DNA of 64,000 nucleotides from Nymphaea colorata (GCF_008831285.2 NC_045138.2:16492001-16556000); one strand, 5' to 3'. Shown: positions 12,501 through 25,931, counted from the stretch's first letter. Numbers and translations: made by a program. The notes: a model not told the origin generated them from the sequence alone.

Positions 12501-14457
12501 TGGTCTCAAAAATTTTCAGGTGGCAAAGTGCTTATTGTAGTATGGGATGTCAGTACATGGAACAGGCTTGGACACAAAAGTCTGTCTAGAAAGCCCATCT
12601 CTACATTCTCGATCAGTCATGATGGAAAGTATCTTGCACTGTAAGGGACATAACCTCTATATCACGATGTCTGGTTTTTTAGCATTTAGTTTGGATTATT
12701 CAAATAAGTTACTTGGCAATCATTGGTGAACAGAGAACTCTTAGTCTTAGGTCTTAAATATCCAACTTAAAAATAATTTTCTAGTATTCTTTTACCTCTC
12801 TCCAAACGATTATTTTATCAACTGAGGAAGAAAGAATCATATAAGTTTAGGAAGTGACAAATCAAAAGTTATACGTGCAGGTCTACTGTGCATTTGTTGG
12901 GTGGTTACACATGTTATTTACATAATATGCATTATCTTTTACAGGGGCAGCCATGATGGAGACATTGGCATTGTTGATGTGAAGAAAATGGAACTAATCC
13001 AGTGGGCTAAAAGGGTTTTTCTAGGAACCCAAATTTCATGTCTAGATTTTTGTCCAACAGAAAGGTAAATTCAGTATCAATGAACCCTTTTGAATATAAT
13101 GAGCTCCTTATCTTCATGCCTATTTGATGTTGATACTTTATAGTTTATACCATTACCTTTAGTTTGATTGCTAATATGTTCTTAATGGGAAAAGATTTGG
13201 AAGGCACACATGGCCGAAACTGTACTGCTCCCTTGGGTGTGTCATTATTTTGATTAGGTGCCTTACCATAAATGTTTCCACATAAAAAAGAATTATCAAA
13301 CTTCTGCTGTAAGTAGGACGCAAATCAACATTTAGGATGCTTCAACACCTGCAAACAACCTGGAGTCACTTATAGGCTATCTGACAAGATATATGTCACA
13401 GTTCTTTAGACAAGTTGACTGCTTCCAGGTTTATATCATACATACTGTCCTGTGTGCTCTACAATATCTACCTTTGGTGGGCTACAAGTTGGGTAAAATA
13501 ATCAATTTGGCAGAAACATCCTTTCTTCCAAAATTAATGTGTTGAGTTTTCTGAAAGCTAATTTACTTTTGACTTAATGGATATTTCAGAAAAATGAACT
13601 TTAGATTATTGTTTAGAAATTTTGCTGTTCTGCTGATCTAGATTTTCTACTTCATTCCAAGAAACGGTATATGTGCATTAAGTGTATATGGCAGTAACAA
13701 TCTAGAAATACTGGCCATTAGACGTGAATGCTCTCTCTCCTAGTGCCTATGGAACATACTTCTTGAAACGTATACTCCATTGTGTATGTAATCTAGTCTT
13801 ACGTTTGAGCTTGTCTAAAGCTCTCTTAGGCTTCAGTTTTCTGTCTGGTTTCTGTAATATGATTTAACCAGAAATGTGCGGCAAAAAGTCTAAAGCATAA
13901 ACCCCTTCATGGAACTTGATCAAGGAGGTTATTTGCATATGGTCATGGCCTTCGAGTCAATTGCAAGTTCATGTATCATTGCTTAATAGTGCCATTTCCA
14001 CTGTAATAGATGTCCTTCTATTAGGACTTCTTTGATGTACATAATGAAGTAGAGATTGTTGGATTGCAGGGTAATCCTTTCTGCATCAAATGGATCGGAA
14101 GTAACTGTCACTAAGCTGAATATCCGAGACTGGAAAGGTGCTCTCTCTCTCTCTCTCTCATATACATACACACGCACACACATACCCATGTTCACACGTG
14201 CATACTTAGACAAATTAAAATGGATCAACATTATGTGTGCATAAGCCAGTAATTGCTAATAACAGAAGCTATAAATTTTTGCAGAATGGCAGATATATCT
14301 GCTGCTGTTGGGACTCTTCCTTGCTTCTGGTGTTCTATTCTATGCGTTCTTCAAGAATTCTGATTCGTTTTGGAACTTCCCTGTTCGAACAACTCAGCAT
14401 CACAGGCCGTCCATGGGATCTTTTCCTGGGGATTCTCAATCAGTAGATGAACTTTGA
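9561..14457 (+). CDS. PHF1: SEC12-like WD40 protein PHOSPHATE TRANSPORTER TRAFFIC FACILITATOR 1; exons 9561-9722, 9847-9938, 11360-11492, 11778-11869, 12125-12224, 12315-12387, 12520-12640, 12945-13064, 14070-14137, 14285-14457 (377 aa)
   Basis: In-frame spliced protein with CAAWIRR, DGDPICIAVHPSGD, QKCLSFSTDGSKFASGGEDGHLRIFEWPSL, DEPRAHKSFRDMDFS, CRFSKDGTKPFL and C-terminal TM segment WKEWQIYLLLLGLFLAS...NSDSFW. Intron 2 uses a GC donor. Confidence 0.93.
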
Positions 14458-15376
14458 CACGCTGTGAGCCTTCCTAGTGTATCTTCTTGTTAAGGAGAAT
14501 GTGTTCCTTCAGTTGTAAATGACAGTGGGCATAAATTTTGGCCTCATTGTGGTTTCCCTTAAATTTAAAGAAATTTATTTCTGCAAGTGTATCTCTAGGC
14601 CGACACTGCACATCCTTTTCATGAAAAATGTCAGAGAGTTTCATTAGTCTTGTGCTTTAGTTTTTCTTTGTCATTTGATCGGCAGCGTTTTCAATCAAAA
14701 CTGGCTGATTATGAAGTTTTGGTGTTCAAGTGTATACAAACTAAGTTGAATTGTTTTATCTTGGTTGACAACAAACAACGGGCATTACGTGATAAAAGTC
14801 TGGTTTTTCAATTCTTTCAAACTACCATATTATGCCAAGGGACTATCCTAGAGCCGAAGTTTTGGCCTTCAAGTAATTAAGACTGACACCTAATGCTGCG
14901 GAGACAGCTCTTGTTGGCATCAAGAGAGAAGCTTGCGCTTATATTTGTTCGCAACAAGAACTTATGCTATAATGGCATGCCATATGTGTTTCGAAAATAT
15001 ATTATGACCTCTGGTACTTTTTATAGCCTGTAGTAGCTTTTGAAAGCCTTATTTTAATAGAAACTAACATCCTTAAGGCAATTTTTATGGTAGTTCTATA
15101 TCTTTTACATATTACCCATTTCCCTGGTCCTGAGTGGTTTTATACCAAAATCCAATGATATAATTACCATCTCTGGCTAAATTAATCCTAGCCACCATAT
15201 TTTACGTGGTTGGCTAAGCTAAGAAACGTTCTCTACATTGTTTGTGCTGCAAACAATTTGCAGCAAACATTCTCCCACGCGCAAATACACGCTCGCAGGA
15301 TGAACATAAACAGAGACTAAAGTTTATATCCTTGAGCAACTGCTTCCTCCCTCTTGTCAAAGGGCACGACTCCATT

Positions 15377-15430
15377 CACATCCCAAAACTAAGGAATCTT
15401 ATGCACATCCCAAAACTAAGGAATCTTATG
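15377..15430. repeat. Perfect 27-bp tandem duplication
   Basis: CACATCCCAAAACTAAGGAATCTTATG twice in a row. Confidence 0.9.
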
Positions 15431-15434
15431 CCTA

Positions 15435-15628
15435 ACAGAGGAGCTAGAAATTTTGGCTGAAGATACAGTAATTCAATAACTTTAATGTTTTTAGGGGCAC
15501 CTACATATATAAATAATCAAATATATCAAAGTTTTAGTTTTAACAAAAAAATAAACAAACAGGCTGGTCACACCAGCCTTCATGTGACTTCGCCGCTACT
15601 CACCAGCCACCATGTGGCTCCGCCACTG
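15435..15628. mobile_element. Degenerate short non-autonomous DNA element; related copy at ~21071-21236
   Basis: Right end TGTGGCTCCGCCACTG (TGTGGCTCCGCTACTG at ~21220-21236); left ends share AGAAATTTTGG. No clear TSD. Confidence 0.45.
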
Positions 15629-16111
15629 CTTATATGCTGCTGACAGGGTGTTCGTGTTATCACATGATGTACCCTTCTCTTTCTGTATCTTTGAGGCTTC
15701 GATCCAGTTTCTCATTGACCGTAGGGGTGACTTTTAGTTGCTGTTTGATTCGGATTCATTGAGATCTAACAAACCGAAGATTTATTCTTTTTCTCGCAAA
15801 GTATGTAAACATGAGACAACGTTGAAGTCACTTCTGAAAGCAAAGTCGATTGGTTGGTCTTCATTTTATAAGAGGACAATCTCTTGAAGGACCAATAAGT
15901 TGGCCCCTCAAAAGCAAACCTCGACTACCAACTTGTAGAAATTTTCGAGAAATTTGGAGTGCTGTAAATAAATGTTCGTTAATGTATTTCTATTTTCTGG
16001 ATTTGAAAACTAATTTCAAATATTTTAAATTCATTTAAAAATAAAGAAAAACAAGAATGGTAACTCTATACTGTATCGGCAAGCAATTGATATGATATGT
16101 ATTAATTAAGA

Positions 16112-19100
16112 TGGAACAATGACGACACCCCGAAACACCGAAAGCAAACCTTATATCCTAAAAGAGTAAGAGGTTGGGTAAGGACTTCGGCTTCTTTTTA
16201 ACGGGTCAACCTTCGACTTGGCCGAGAGCAGCCACTAATGAGGTTAAGAGGAGCCATAGCGGGCGAAACAAGGCTGCCCTTCATGTGGAATCAGGCCCTT
16301 CATGACCGTGTTGACCCCCAAAATGGGTCAAGAGGGAGGAGTGGGAGGCGTAGAGCAGCTGGTGCAATCCTTGCATGCAAATGGAATTTAGCTTAGAATT
16401 GTAGCCGAGGGAGGAGCGGGAGGAGAGGCAACGACTCTAAGCAAAGGTTCTTGAATACCAAGGAGGTGGGTTGAGTCCAAGTCCGGTCTAGTCCAGCCTA
16501 GGTCTTCGCTAAACCCAGTCACTTAGGGTCAGCCTAGGGCGAACCTAGGCGAATTCTGATCTGAACCAAGGCCCACAACGTGCGGGCTAAGGGGAGGACG
16601 AGTTAGGGTCGAGACACTAAGTCTCGAGTTTGATTTCTTGCTTGCGTTTCTTTGTTTTAGCGTGCGCAATTGCTTTGGCATTCAATTCCGTTTTGGATTT
16701 CGTTTTTGAGGTTTGGATCACATGTTTAGATCCACTTTTGATTGAGAGCTATAAATACATTGTACTCCTTTGTTTTGGTATGCGTTTTTTAGACAATTAT
16801 TATGGAAGTAGAAAATTTGGAGGTAATTTAGAAGAAGGAAAATTCATTGTCAAGTGTCTCTCTCTCTCCTCACGGATTGATCTCTCTTCTCCCTTTGCGC
16901 AATTCTTCTACCCGCGTCTCTTGTCATCTCTCTTCTCTTGAACACATTTGGGAATGTCGGCAACCATGGCGAGATTTCTGAAGAAGATCTTCAATCCAGC
17001 GGGTATTTCTTCTTTCTATGCCTAAATCTCTTTTCTCTTCTCATCCACTCGCCCAAGGAATCGACGGCTTGAAGACTCCTCTTGCTCCGGCGTGAAGAGC
17101 TCTCCACAAGACCACGGCTTACCCCAAGAGATCAGCAACGAACTAGTGCAGCCAACACTCTCCACCGTGAAGGCTTGAGGCTACTCGTTCCCGGGAAGGC
17201 TCGTCATCTTTTAGGCAACTAGAAGGTGAGGGCAGACGACCAAAGGCTTCCGATTTGAGAGGTTAGTGCATTCGTTTAAGAGCTGAAATTGTGTAACGCC
17301 GTTGTGTCGATTTGAGTTGAGATTCTGCCATTAAGGGACTATTGATCTTCACGGTTTCAGCCAAGAGGATCACTGGTTCACTTAGGAAGAAGCTCTCCCT
17401 AAATCGGTTCTTACGAGTCACAAGGGAGACTCTTAGCCGATAGCAAGGATCTCGCAATTTCGAGGGTCTTTTCCTTCGGTTTTCAAGTATCATTTCATGT
17501 GTTAGTTTATGTTCTTGCGCCTGTTAGCTTGCTGTGTGAAAAAGAGAAAAACAGAAAGAAAAACAAAAAAAGAAAGAAAGAAAAGAGGCGAGAATTGAAA
17601 AAGAAAAGAAAATAAGAATCGCCCAAAAGAAAGAATCATGAATGTGGCAAGCTAGAGGCAATTCGGTTCAAATTAGTATCTCGTCGGAATCTGTAATTCC
17701 TGGCCACTGCTGCTAACATTCCGGCCAGTTTCTGGAATATCCGGTGAGCATTTGGGGGTAATCTCAGGCCGATCTCCATCAGGCTCGATCTGCACTAGAA
17801 CCTCTCCAAGGATCTCGGTCACATTTGGGGAGAAACCGCGTGTGGCGTGGAGGAGCTCCTAGGTGACGCCACCTAGCCGCCGGTGCATTTGGTGAATCAG
17901 CCTCATTCCTACAAAAGAGGTAAGTGGATCTCCAGCTTGGGCCCTTCGCCATCTCCACCCTACGCTTAGTCCATGTGGCAAGCATCGGGACACTTAGAGA
18001 GATCCTAGGATTTGAGTAGGAAGTGACGCACATTTGGTGGAGCACTAATTCGCCACCTCATAAAGTGTTTTTCTAGAATAGGAATCCCAGCTAGATAAGT
18101 TAGGATATTCCCCAACTTCGTAGGGAAGCAGCCTCATCCAGTTGCCACTTGTTCCTCCCTCAGCCTAGTCACCACATTAGCCAACTACCCAAGTCCATCT
18201 CCCCACATTTGTTGTGCCACCTAGCTAGACACCTCATCACTCAAGTCAATCTCCCCACATTTGTTGCGTCACCTAGCTAGACACCTCACCACCTTTCCTA
18301 TCCTCTCTCCTAACATCTAGGAGATAGCCTCTACGTACCTGCCACCTATCCTCCACTTTAGCTAGGAACTCTCCCAGCCACACACCTCAGCAACCCACCA
18401 GCCACCTCACCTAGACACCTCACCGAATCCCTAGCCTCTCTCCTACTTACTTGGGAGATAGCCCTTATAGAAGTGCCACCTCGCCTAGCATCTTGGAGAA
18501 CGATTCCCTTGGGGAATATCCTCCATAATCCTCAGCCCCAATTTCTCTCATCCGTTTTTATCCTAGTTCACACTTGAGTTACCTCAAGTTACTGCACCCC
18601 ATTCCCCCTTACCATTCCCATTTCCTCAAACCGAGCAGCCTAAACCTACCCTAGCTACTTTGTAGGAACCCACGATTTAGGCCCTTCCCTTCACCAGGTC
18701 AACCTAGGATTTGAACCTTAGGACCCACCTTGCCTAACCTTTCATTGACCCAGCTCATTGGCCGAACCTAGCCCGGGCCCACCTGGTCCCACCTGGTCCG
18801 AGCTCACCCTGCCCAAGACCCGCACCTAGTTGGTTCCAACCCTAGTCCACAAGGAAGTCCGCCTAGTGCATCCTTGAGAGTCTTGGAACCGGCGGGTCTT
18901 GCCCCAGCCATCTCCGGCATCCTCAGGCCGCCGCCGGCCACCTCTGCTACTTTTCCGGCGACCTTCCGGCGTGGATCCCCGCAGGTCCCCAAGTCAGCCA
19001 GCAAGTGCATGGAGAGCTCCTAGGCGATTTCAGCAAGGAGATTCCTCAATCGCGCGACCCTTGGAGCGCTCTCATCCACCGACCGGCGTCTTCATCATTG

Positions 19101-19728
19101 GAGCCACAGCCCTACGCCGGCCTCTCCTCTTGTGTTGCTGTTAGTCCTCGAGTGTGGAATCTCACCTCGAGGCGTGTGGTTGCTTCGCCAAGCTAGCCTT
19201 GGCCGGTACACCCTACCCTTCTCTTTAGACTCGAGGGTGGTAGCATTTTATTTCTGCATTTTGATTTCAGCCCGACCTTGGGGTCGTCGTTGTGCATAGA
19301 GGGACCTCCACGGCACTGCGCCAAGGACACGACCTCGTGCCGACATTAGCCTCCTACGGGCGGGTGTGGTTTGATTCGATTAGGTTTGGTTTGATGGTTT
19401 GTTGAGTGAGTTTTGAGCGTTTTATCAAATGTATCGCTTCCGCTTGTACTAGCCTCACAGCTTTTAGTCAATTGTAGTAGGATTTGCTTGGGTTTGGGAT
19501 TAGCCATTCTTGTATTCCGCTGCCTATTTGGGATTTTTAAGTCGGGGTCCTGTCCGACTGGGTAGTGTCATTGTTTTATTTGTCCTAGGAAAGTCTTCTG
19601 GTTGGTCCAAGGTGATCTTGGGGGTAGGCACGGCCGTCGGCTTCAGACTTTGGTCGGCCACGGGCAAGACCCTACCAATTTGGTGAGAAACCCCACTCAC
19701 CCAATTAACCAATAGAGGTGGATTGACA
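16112..19728 (+). mobile_element. Solo-LTR-like retrotransposon remnant, ~3.6 kb
   Basis: Begins TG (16112), ends CA (19728), flanked by identical TAAGA (16107-16111, 19729-19733). GC-richer than flanks, internal CTATAAATA (~16749), internal short repeats, no gag/pol ORF. Confidence 0.75.
18198..18430. repeat. Internal repeats inside the LTR-like element
   Basis: ATCTCCCCACATTTGTTG(T/C)G(C/T)CACCTAGCTAGACACCTCA occurs at ~18198 and ~18249; further CACCT..CTAGACACCTCA variants follow. Confidence 0.75.
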
Positions 19729-20291
19729 TAAGAAGCAGAAACCGTTAGAGGTGTGCTTGATGGGCGAGATATCTTATCACTTTTAATGAAAATGTGTGAA
19801 CTAACCACGGGTCATGCACATGCGATGCTAAGAAATACACATGTATAAATTAAAAATGAGGTTTACTCACATAAAATAAATTCTAGTTAAAAACAGAATT
19901 ATACATACGGTTCTGAAATAAACTCTAGTTAAAAACAGAATGATACATACGGTTCTCATGTAAGCCCACTTTAGTGGACAAGTGGCCACGATGGCTTCCT
20001 TTGGGCCAAGAGATATGTTGACCCCCTAGTCATATAAGAGTAGAGTTGCCTCTTGTCTTTGTCATAAATAAAATGAATCTAAAATACTTTTTTATTTGAA
20101 AAGTTTTGTCTCTCAAAAGATGCGTCTTTTATCAATCAATTGGTGCAGCACCACGTATCTCTTATCTATTCCAGAATACGCCCATTAATTCCATGGGTTT
20201 GTTCATTCAATGAGCCATAATTAATTTGTAATGGGTTTGTTTATTTAATGAACCATATATTAATTTGTAAATAGAAGAAGAATGTTATGAA

Positions 20292-20299
<8 letters not shown>

Positions 20300-20350
<51 letters not shown>
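20300..20350. repeat. (TA)n microsatellite
   Basis: TA run with one GT interruption. Confidence 0.95.
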
Positions 20351-21460
20351 TGGGGTGAGATTAACATATGAGTATATGAGTGAAGGCCAAAGCCATCTTC
20401 GTTCCTTTTATCTCCACAAGATTCAGGGTTGTGTCAGATGATGTCCTAGTTGTGTTTCAATTTGTATAATTGGTATTCTTTTTTCTTTTTTTTCAGAGTA
20501 GAAAGTTGAAGCCATTAGAGTTCAAAATGACCATATCGAGAGGGTCAGAAGGAGAGGAGGTGGAGGCGGAGAGGGGGAAAAAGGAGAGGCAGAGGAGGGG
20601 AAGGGGAAAGAAGGAAGAAGGAGAGGAGGATGGGGGACCGGCCGGGCTGGGCCGCGTCATTGGGCTCGCGCCCGGCTTGGGACCCAGATTCGGCCCGACC
20701 GGGCCAGGTACGGGTACCTGCCGGCAGCTTGGCCCGACGCTTAGGCTTACTCATACTCCGTCCCGACAACTTTATACAATTTTTTATTTTTTAAAAAATA
20801 AAAATATATAAACATCTTCCTCCTAAAATTATCCCTCAAAAAAAAAAAATTAATAGACCTCATGATTTTTTTTTTTCTTCTACTTCTCCACCGCCATTAT
20901 GCATCGTTTGCTTCACACATTTTCCTAATCATGTAACAAACACTGAAGCTAAGAAATCAGGTAGGGGCTAGCATGTATAGAAGAGAAAAGCTATCCCTCT
21001 AATTTTCATGGCAAAACTAAATCCACCCTTTCCTTACAGTACTTTTGACAGCTTTATTCATTCAAACACCTCAAGAAGCAAGAAATTTTGGGCTGAGGGA
21101 CACTAATTTCAAATTTTCATGCTTTTACATGTACAAATGTACATAAATGATCAACTATTTAAAATGAAAAATAAAGAAAATTTGTGGTTGGTGCAAGCAA
21201 TTGCCAAAACCATTTCATATGTGGCTCCGCTACTGCAGCAGACGGAAAGGATATGAGTAGAGGAAATATAAATTTCCCCAAGTAAAATCTCTAATCAAGT
21301 TTCAACCTTTCCATTTTATAAGTTGAGATTCCTTACATGTTTGCCTTCCCCATTGAGAAGGTAAAAGTTTTCCTATGCACGTTGATTAACAAGGTAAAAG
21401 TTTTTCTGTCTAAACCCGGAGAACCTAAATGCATAAGAAATTGAAAACCAAAAACGCTAA

Positions 21461-21999
21461 GGGGCGTTTGGATGACACCCTCCTCTAACCCAGTTTTATA
21501 AAAACTTGACTTTATGAAAAACATGTTTTTTTAATGAATTTTAGAATTTTTTTTCTTGTTTGGGTAAGACGGCCAAAATCTCGTATTTAAATAACCTAAG
21601 GGGATCAGGTTTTTCACTATCTTTTACAAAACCAGGTTTTGTCAAAACTGAGTATTCTTCAAACCCAGTTTTCATGGCACCTAAACATTTCAAAACCTGG
21701 TTTTGAAGTGTCACTTAAACACTCCCTTAAAAGTCTAAAGGGGCTTTTGAATGATATCTCAAAACTAAGTTTTGGAGGAAAAACTCAGGTTTGGAGTGTT
21801 TGGCTGCCATCGAAACTAAGTTTGAGGAAAACCCAGTTTTGATAAAACCTGCTTTTGTAAAATAAAGTGAAAAACTTGAGCCCTCTCAGGTTATTCACAA
21901 AAACCAGGTTTTAATGCTAATTAAAAAAAAAACTATAGTTTTCATAAAACCAAGTTTTTAGAAAACTAGTTTAGATAATAATATAATCCAAATACCCCC
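21461..21999. mobile_element. Two ~265-bp Tourist-like MITE copies in inverted orientation (about 21461-21726 and 21740-21999)
   Basis: Outer ends GGGGCGTTTGGAT / ATCCAAATACCCCC flanked by TAA. Inner TIR-like ends AAACACTCCC-TTAA and GGGGCTTTTGAATGA. The halves are diverged reverse complements of each other. Confidence 0.7.
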
Positions 22000-22817
22000 T
22001 AAAACTATACCTAACAGTTTATATTCCTAAGTATTTTGTAGAAAATAACTAGGTATTCGCGCTGGTGCACTGGAGCGAAAACCGATATATACGACATTGA
22101 ACTGTGAAATTATTTTTTTATTAATTAAGTAATTAAGTTAACACGGCTGTTTTCTATAAGCAATAAATTCCCTTTCGACATTGGCCTCTCATTACCTTCA
22201 TTAAGTAATAAAAATACATGATTTCCACAATAATCACCTACCATTGCAAAATTTAATATATTATTCAACTTATAAGCTTCATCCTTATGGTTCACTTTGG
22301 CCCTATTGGGTCTGGTTCGCCTAGTGATACTGTCTCGGAATCCACGAGAAAGTATCATATTCATACGGGCTTTCTTTCTCCAAAAAAGAAAAATATTTGT
22401 TTTGTTACAAGTATGCATTTAGATTCAACTAGAGGAGATTTGAAAAATCATGAGTTGTTCGAGTCTTATTTGAGACTATAATTATCATTATTTTAAATTA
22501 TTATACCTTTATTTTGATTACATTTTCGATATCAAAATAAAAAATCTTTACTCATATCGTAAAATTGATTTTATTTCTTTGGATCTTATTTACAAAACCA
22601 GCGCAACAGCTCCAAATATGAACAATATTATTAGCGGATATTTACAAAACCAAGAAGATATTTTATTTTTGTATTCATACAGGCGCATGCGCGCGCGCGC
22701 GCGCACACACACACACACAAGAAAGTGGTACTTCATCCTTCTCATCCTTCTGTGTACTTATGGAATAGACTAGAAGCTACATTAAACGGACGTCAGAGAG
22801 ATATCAGACTCAGAGAG

Positions 22818-24986
22818 ATGGCTACTGGTTTCACGGCGTGCTCTGCCATGGACAAGGCAAAGGTGCTATTGGAGATTGTGAGGGGAAGATGGTTCATGGT
22901 GTTTGCTTCTTTACTTATTATGTCTGCATCTGGTTCTTCCTATCTCTTTGCCATCTACTCCCCAAGCATCAAGTCCTCTCTGGGCTACACCCAGCAGACG
23001 CTCAACACTCTGAGCTTCTTCAAGGACCTCGGCGCCAACGTAGGCATCCTCTCCGGCCTCATCAATGAGGTCACTCCCCCTTGGGTGGTGCTCGCCATAG
23101 GAGCCGCCATGAACCTCGGTGGCTACCTCATGATGTGGCTCGCAGTCACCAGACGCATCTCCCAGCCCAAGCTGTGGCAGATGTGCCTCTACATGTGGAT
23201 CGGCTCCGACTCTCAGTCCTTCGCCAACACAGGATCCCTCGTCACCTGCGTCAAGAACTTCCCGCAGAGCCGCGGCATGGTGCTTGGCCTGCTTAAGGGA
23301 TTCATGGGGCTCAGTGGAGCTATCTTCACACAGCTCTACAATGCCATCTATGGCCACGACCCGGAGGGACTCCTTCTTCTCATCGCTTGGCTTCCTGCTG
23401 TCACTTCGATGCTCTTCCTCCCAGTAATTCGGATTATGAAGGTACTGTACATTTCTTTTCTGCAGTAGTAGCATCATCAAAAGAATTTGCAGCAAAAGTT
23501 AAGCCCACTTAAGGAAGAATGGTAGCTAAAAGGATGAAGTTTTAATTTGTTGTCATTTTTTTCAGTTCCTAAATGTTATTAGCTTTGTAATTTTTACTGT
23601 AAATTTAAAATTACCATGTTGGCAATGAAGATTTGCTTCAATCATGGTGTTGCCTCATGAGTTCTATTCCTTTAGCTTTCCTGCTAAGATTAACATCTTA
23701 ATCATTTTATGGTTTAAGGAAATCTAAAGTTAAGTTGACTTAGGTGAAAACAATACAATAAATCACAGAAATCGATCTCATGCTACCTTTAAATCCTATT
23801 GCAGACAGAACGCCAAAAGAACGAGCAGAAAGTCTTCTACTCGTTCCTCTACATTGCGCTTGCTCTCGCTGGCTACCTCATGATAATGATCATCCTTCAA
23901 AGAAGAATTCACTTCACAGCTTCAGCTTACAGAAGCAGCGCTGCCATCGTTGTGTTGCTGCTCTTTCTTCCCCTCGCCATTATTGTGAGCGAAGAGATCT
24001 CAAAAATGAATCAATCCCCAATTCCTTGTGACACAGCTAGCGGGTTAAAAGAACCAGCGAAGCAACAACAGGTGGAGGAATCACCAGCAGTAGTTTCAGC
24101 ACCAGCAGAATCCGGCGGAACTGCTCCACTAATACCCGATGGTTCAGTTTCTCGCATAAAGAGCATGTTCAGGTCTCCAGACAGGGGAGAGGACTACACC
24201 ATACTTCAAGCACTAGTGAGCATCGACATGCTAATCCTGTTCTCTGCAGCCACATGTGGGGTAGGGGGGACCTTAACAGCCATTGACAACATGGGCCAGA
24301 TAGGCGAGTCCCTCGGTTACTCGGCGCAGAGCATCGGAACATTTGTGTCCCTGATAAGCATTTGGAACTTCTCCGGCCGCGTCGCTGCCGGATTTGTGTC
24401 GGAAATTTTCTTGACCAAGTACCAGTTTCCTCGGCCCCTGATGCTGAGTGGTGTTCTGTTGCTCGCTTGTGTAGGCCACCTGCTCATTGCCTTCCCAATT
24501 CCAGGGTCCCTCTACGTTGCTTCCATCATCATTGGCCTATGCTTTGGGGCACAATGGCCTCTGCTGTATGCCATAATCTCTGAAATCTTTGGGCTCAAAT
24601 ACTACTCTACGCTCTATAACTTTGGGTCAGTGGCCTCACCAATAGGGTCCTACATCTTCAATGTGAAGATTGCAGGGCAACTCTATGACAGGGAGGCCCT
24701 GAAGCAGAGGGCTGCCTCTGGGTTGCCCTTTGAGAATGGGGAATTGAGCTGCACTGGGGTGCAGTGCTATAGGCTCTCCTTCATTATCATAACAGCAGCA
24801 ACCTTCTTAGGGTTCTTGGTGTCCTTGGTGCTGGTGAGGAGGACCAAGAAGTTCTATGCAGGGGACATCTATGCTAGGTTCAGAGTGAATAATAACATGG
24901 AGATGGTGGATCCCACCTTGGGTGAGACTGAGGAGGAACAATGTGGTGCTGCACCAGCTGGTCAAGATCATAGGACCAAAAATTGA
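22818..24986 (+). CDS. Nodulin-like major facilitator superfamily transporter (NFD4-like family); exons 22818-23441, 23805-24986 (601 aa)
   Basis: [101 protein letters not shown]; many hydrophobic helices; one phase-0 GT-AG intron. Confidence 0.93.
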
Positions 24987-25655
24987 AGGTGGCACTGTTC
25001 TCTCTCTCTCTCTCTCTTTATATATATCACATCATTTTGATTCCCGTGCGCATTAGGCTAATGAGAGCAGCAAGTTCTCTCTCTCTCTCTTTAGTTTGTT
25101 ACTCAAAAAACTATACCTAAGTTAAGAGAGTTTTTACCCCACAATTCATATGAAGGTTGAATGCAATGGTTAGTTTGCATGGTACTTTTGACCCCACATT
25201 TCATATGATTCTGATCAGGAAGGTTTATTTGGTGCTGTCTATATATGGTTCATCGTTTTTGATGAGCCTACGTCCAGGACCAAAGGTCCAGAAGAACGCA
25301 CACGGAGAAAATATTATCAATTGAAGAGAATGAATACAACTATGCGTGAACAACATACTTTAAGGCTCAGCTTAGCAAATTGATAATTTCCAGCGTTTTC
25401 CTTTATCTACAAGATTTTGATTGATCTCATTTCTACAAGAAAGAAAAGGAGTGGCGTTTTGTCTATTTTGATTGATCTCATTTCTAAGAATTCTTCTAGC
25501 AATTTGATATAATGCCCATGACTAATGCATAACTTGACTAACATAATTAATTGCAAATGATATCTCAGGACAAGTCAAAGTAAGATACTGTAGAGATCCA
25601 ATGATGTGCCTATAGAGAGTAGGATCACTGAATGGCTTATCTGCTTCCTCAATGC

Positions 25656-25762
25656 GAAACTTGCAACGCCAATCCCATTAGTAACTCCATCAATTACTCG
25701 TCCATCAAAAGAATGAGTTAGTTCCGCTAATCCTCGAACACCCCTAATGAATACTTTTTCAT
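25656..25762 (-). pseudogene. ndhF: Plastid ndhF fragment (NUPT)
   Basis: Minus-strand translation [35 protein letters not shown] matches the C-terminal region of plastid NdhF (GLAELTHFFD.RVIDG.TNG.G). Confidence 0.85.
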
Positions 25763-25856
25763 CCGGGTATTTGGAGTTACAAAGGTGTCGCCCGGGCACA
25801 CATTGTGTTTTCTGGCTTGTGCTTCTTGGTAGCTATATGGCATTGGGTGTATTGGG
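25761..25856 (+). pseudogene. psbB: Plastid psbB (CP47) fragment (NUPT)
   Basis: Translation [31 protein letters not shown] versus conserved Psb[32 protein letters not shown]. Confidence 0.92.
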
Positions 25857-25931
25857 TATCAGAAACCAGAGCCAGAGACGCTAGCGGCGCGCAAAATGCC
25901 TATACGAACAAAATTCGTTATTGCGGGATAG
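25856..25931 (+). pseudogene. rpl16: Plastid rpl16 3'-end fragment with small frameshifting deletion (NUPT)
   Basis: VSETRARDA in one frame then [15 protein letters not shown] in another resembles the plastid Rpl16 C-terminus (VSE..AR.A...AA.KMPIRTQF). Confidence 0.75.

Noticed and set aside
20540..20770. GC-rich patch with 113-aa and 74-aa ORFs
   Set aside because: Low-complexity GA and GGGCC repeats, more like a DNA transposon end; no TIR/TSD pair or protein family could be fixed.
22911..23495. 194-aa antisense ORF over MFS exon 1
   Set aside because: Expected by-product of GC3-rich codon usage on the sense strand.
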